Shown here: positions 50,651 through 52,900 of the stretch, one piece after another
Layout: each line of letters begins with the position of its first letter
Numbering within the stretch: position 1 is the first letter of the stretch
Origin: Nemertoderma westbladi
Taxonomy: Eukaryota > Animalia > Xenacoelomorpha
NCBI GenBank assembly: GCA_032718475.1
Contig: JAUCBJ010003269.1
Location: 1 to 52,900, forward strand
Length of the DNA: 52,900 bases
Reading direction: 5' to 3'
Made by a program: the position numbers and the translations under genes
The notes under the pieces: model-generated
What the model was told of the DNA's origin: nothing
The model's database searches: none
What the model saw: only the letters and a program-made list of their open reading frames with translations

Positions 50651-52900
50651 CAATCCACTTTACTGAGACTCAAAATTTAAGTCATAGTCTTAAAGTGTAA
50701 AGTAGCCCATACCTGTATACTGAAGGATAGACTGTATGCTACTGTACATTGTGTAGGCTATGTATGTCTGTATGTACGCCTCTATCTTCAACTTTATTGA
50801 GTTCTCCCTCTGCAATTTTGCGGGCTTGGGACCGTTTTTTGTGTTTTTTGAACACAAAGGGCTGCATTAAAACTCATAAGATTGTATTGTAATAGGCAGA
50901 TAGGGGCCTACTCTCTGACTGCTAGACAGCTAGATCAGCCCCCGCTCAATGCATGGCTCGCCCCACAATCAGACAATGCTTTGTTTTATTTTGCACATCA
51001 TAGGCGCCCCTCTAAACGATTTTAACTACACTTGGATACACGTTTTGCAAGCATTTCTCACTCGTTTGTACTCTTTTGTACTATTTTTGCACTCTTTTGT
51101 ACTATTATCAAATGTACGTACAATAGACAAAAATGATTTATAGGCCTACCGGTATCCTATAAAAAGGTATAAACTGTTAAGTTATTGGTGTTTCGGTATC
51201 AGTAGTGCGAGTTAATATTTTGGTTAGGTTAGATATTGAATAGGCCATACAGCCTGGCAGCATACAGCTGTACAGCCATACAAACTGCCCAGCAAATACA
51301 TATCCAGCGATTAGCACGCTAATAGCGGGATGTACCATCCTGCTAATATCCCGCTATTTTTATAAGATAATATCCGGATAATCGCCGTAAAAGTGGTCCC
51401 CGCTATAGCGGTGTTTTTAGCGGGATAATTATCCGGTTTTTAGCGGTTCCTTAGCGGCACTTTAGCGTGGATTTAGCGGCATTTGTAGCTGCCCAGGTTA
51501 AAAAAAATTCGCTTTGTCCAATCACATGGCGTTCCTTGTGCATACTCTGTGGAGAGAGGAGGGGAGGGGGGGGGGGGGGGCTGGAGTGGTTAGCCTACCT
51601 TACCTACCCTATGCCTACACCTCACCCCGGCCCTACACCTACAATACTCTATACAAACTGAGATGTAATCGTTTGAGTATAATAAGAGAATATATAATGC
51701 ATTAAGACTTAGGAGTATCCTATATAACTTTAAGCGATCATCAAAAAATATTAATTCGATTATTAAAATCTATATATTTGATCTTATTTACAACCATATT
51801 AGATAATTCATAATTATGAATTTATTAAAAATAATAAATTGTAAACTGTTTCTAATCGATTATTCGAAGACAAGAAACCATATATCTATCCAATAATTTC
51901 AGTTTTCTGCAAATTGAGGTAGTGTCGGGGGGTTGGGGTTGGTGGTTTATGTAAATGCAGTTTAATTTTTGACAGTTTAATATTTTTTTTTGTTCACTGC
52001 AAAAATGTACAAATGAAAATTTAAATACAGTACATATTGTCTGTACTACTGTATAACAACTTCAGGTACTGTAACCTGAGATATTGTAGCACTGCAGGTA
52101 GGCCTACTGTATAAATTATACTCTTAGATAATTACTAAATTTTTTCCTTTGATTGAGTTTAAACTCCCCCCCCCCCCCCCCCCCCTCCCACCACCACCAC
52201 CAGGTATAGCTCCTCCCATCATCATCTGCACAAAAACCGGTTCTTAGTGCATTACATTGAATGAGAGTTAATATTAAATATAAATTTATATCGATTGTAT
52301 CCATATCCATGAATTTGTGTTTTGTTGTCATTAGATTATTTAAATTGTTGTTTTATCTTATTCTACTGTATTACAGTATGTATCCGGGGCAATATCAAAA
52401 GTGTTATAATTGCGAAGTGCTTAATGTTGTTAGTATGTGTTGGTTAGTAGGTGTTGTTAGTTTGTTAATGTTGTAAATCATTTTAATTATCAAAAACGTC
52501 ATCGGGATGGCTTCAATTATGGTATACTTGTGAAAGTTCATAAAAATTAAAACATCGTGCCATGATCGTTCATATTTTAGGTACTGTACTGTATTGTTGA
52601 TATAAATAAATGGACGTAAAACTGAATGAAAAGTGAACGATCATTATTGAATGTGTTGGTTCATATTTAATTTCGTTCAACTAGTGATTAAAATTATTAC
52701 ATTATTTTAAAATTTCAAATTGGCTAATTGGTAATGTCGGCATGTTGTACCTACTGTAATCTAAACATTGTCTCATACTGTAGATTATTACATCATGGGT
52801 GAAAACTGAATAAGTAACCATATGTCAATGTTCAATATCTTTGGCGAATGTCTTCTGCTTCCTGGGGTATGTTTGTACATATGTTATGGAGGAATACTGT

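Overview
Eukaryotic (animal-like, AT-rich, intron- and transposon-rich) genomic DNA; I cannot name the species. One protein-coding gene is supported: a minus-strand TENT5/FAM46-family non-canonical poly(A) polymerase. Its exons are 20029-20106 (putative start exon), 18004-18143, 16072-16248, 9222-9470 and 1-695 (runs off the window edge). Each of its four introns carries a different tandem array, with units of 49, 16, 31 and 35 bp. The most unusual is the 49-bp array, which amplifies the start exon's 5' splice site into 20 perfectly phased copies of (A/T)CG|GTAAGT. The 35-bp array starts about 6 nt after another donor, varies at essentially one binary site and can fold into a hairpin per unit. 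The rest of the window (about 20-53 kb) is mostly non-autonomous DNA transposons, several with readable TIRs and target-site duplications (hAT, Mutator/foldback-like, Tc1/mariner-like, Merlin-like, including a triple nest). It also holds RTE-type LINE fragments, a third satellite and a tRNA-like sequence. The very long plus-strand ORFs in the ORF track are repeat artefacts.
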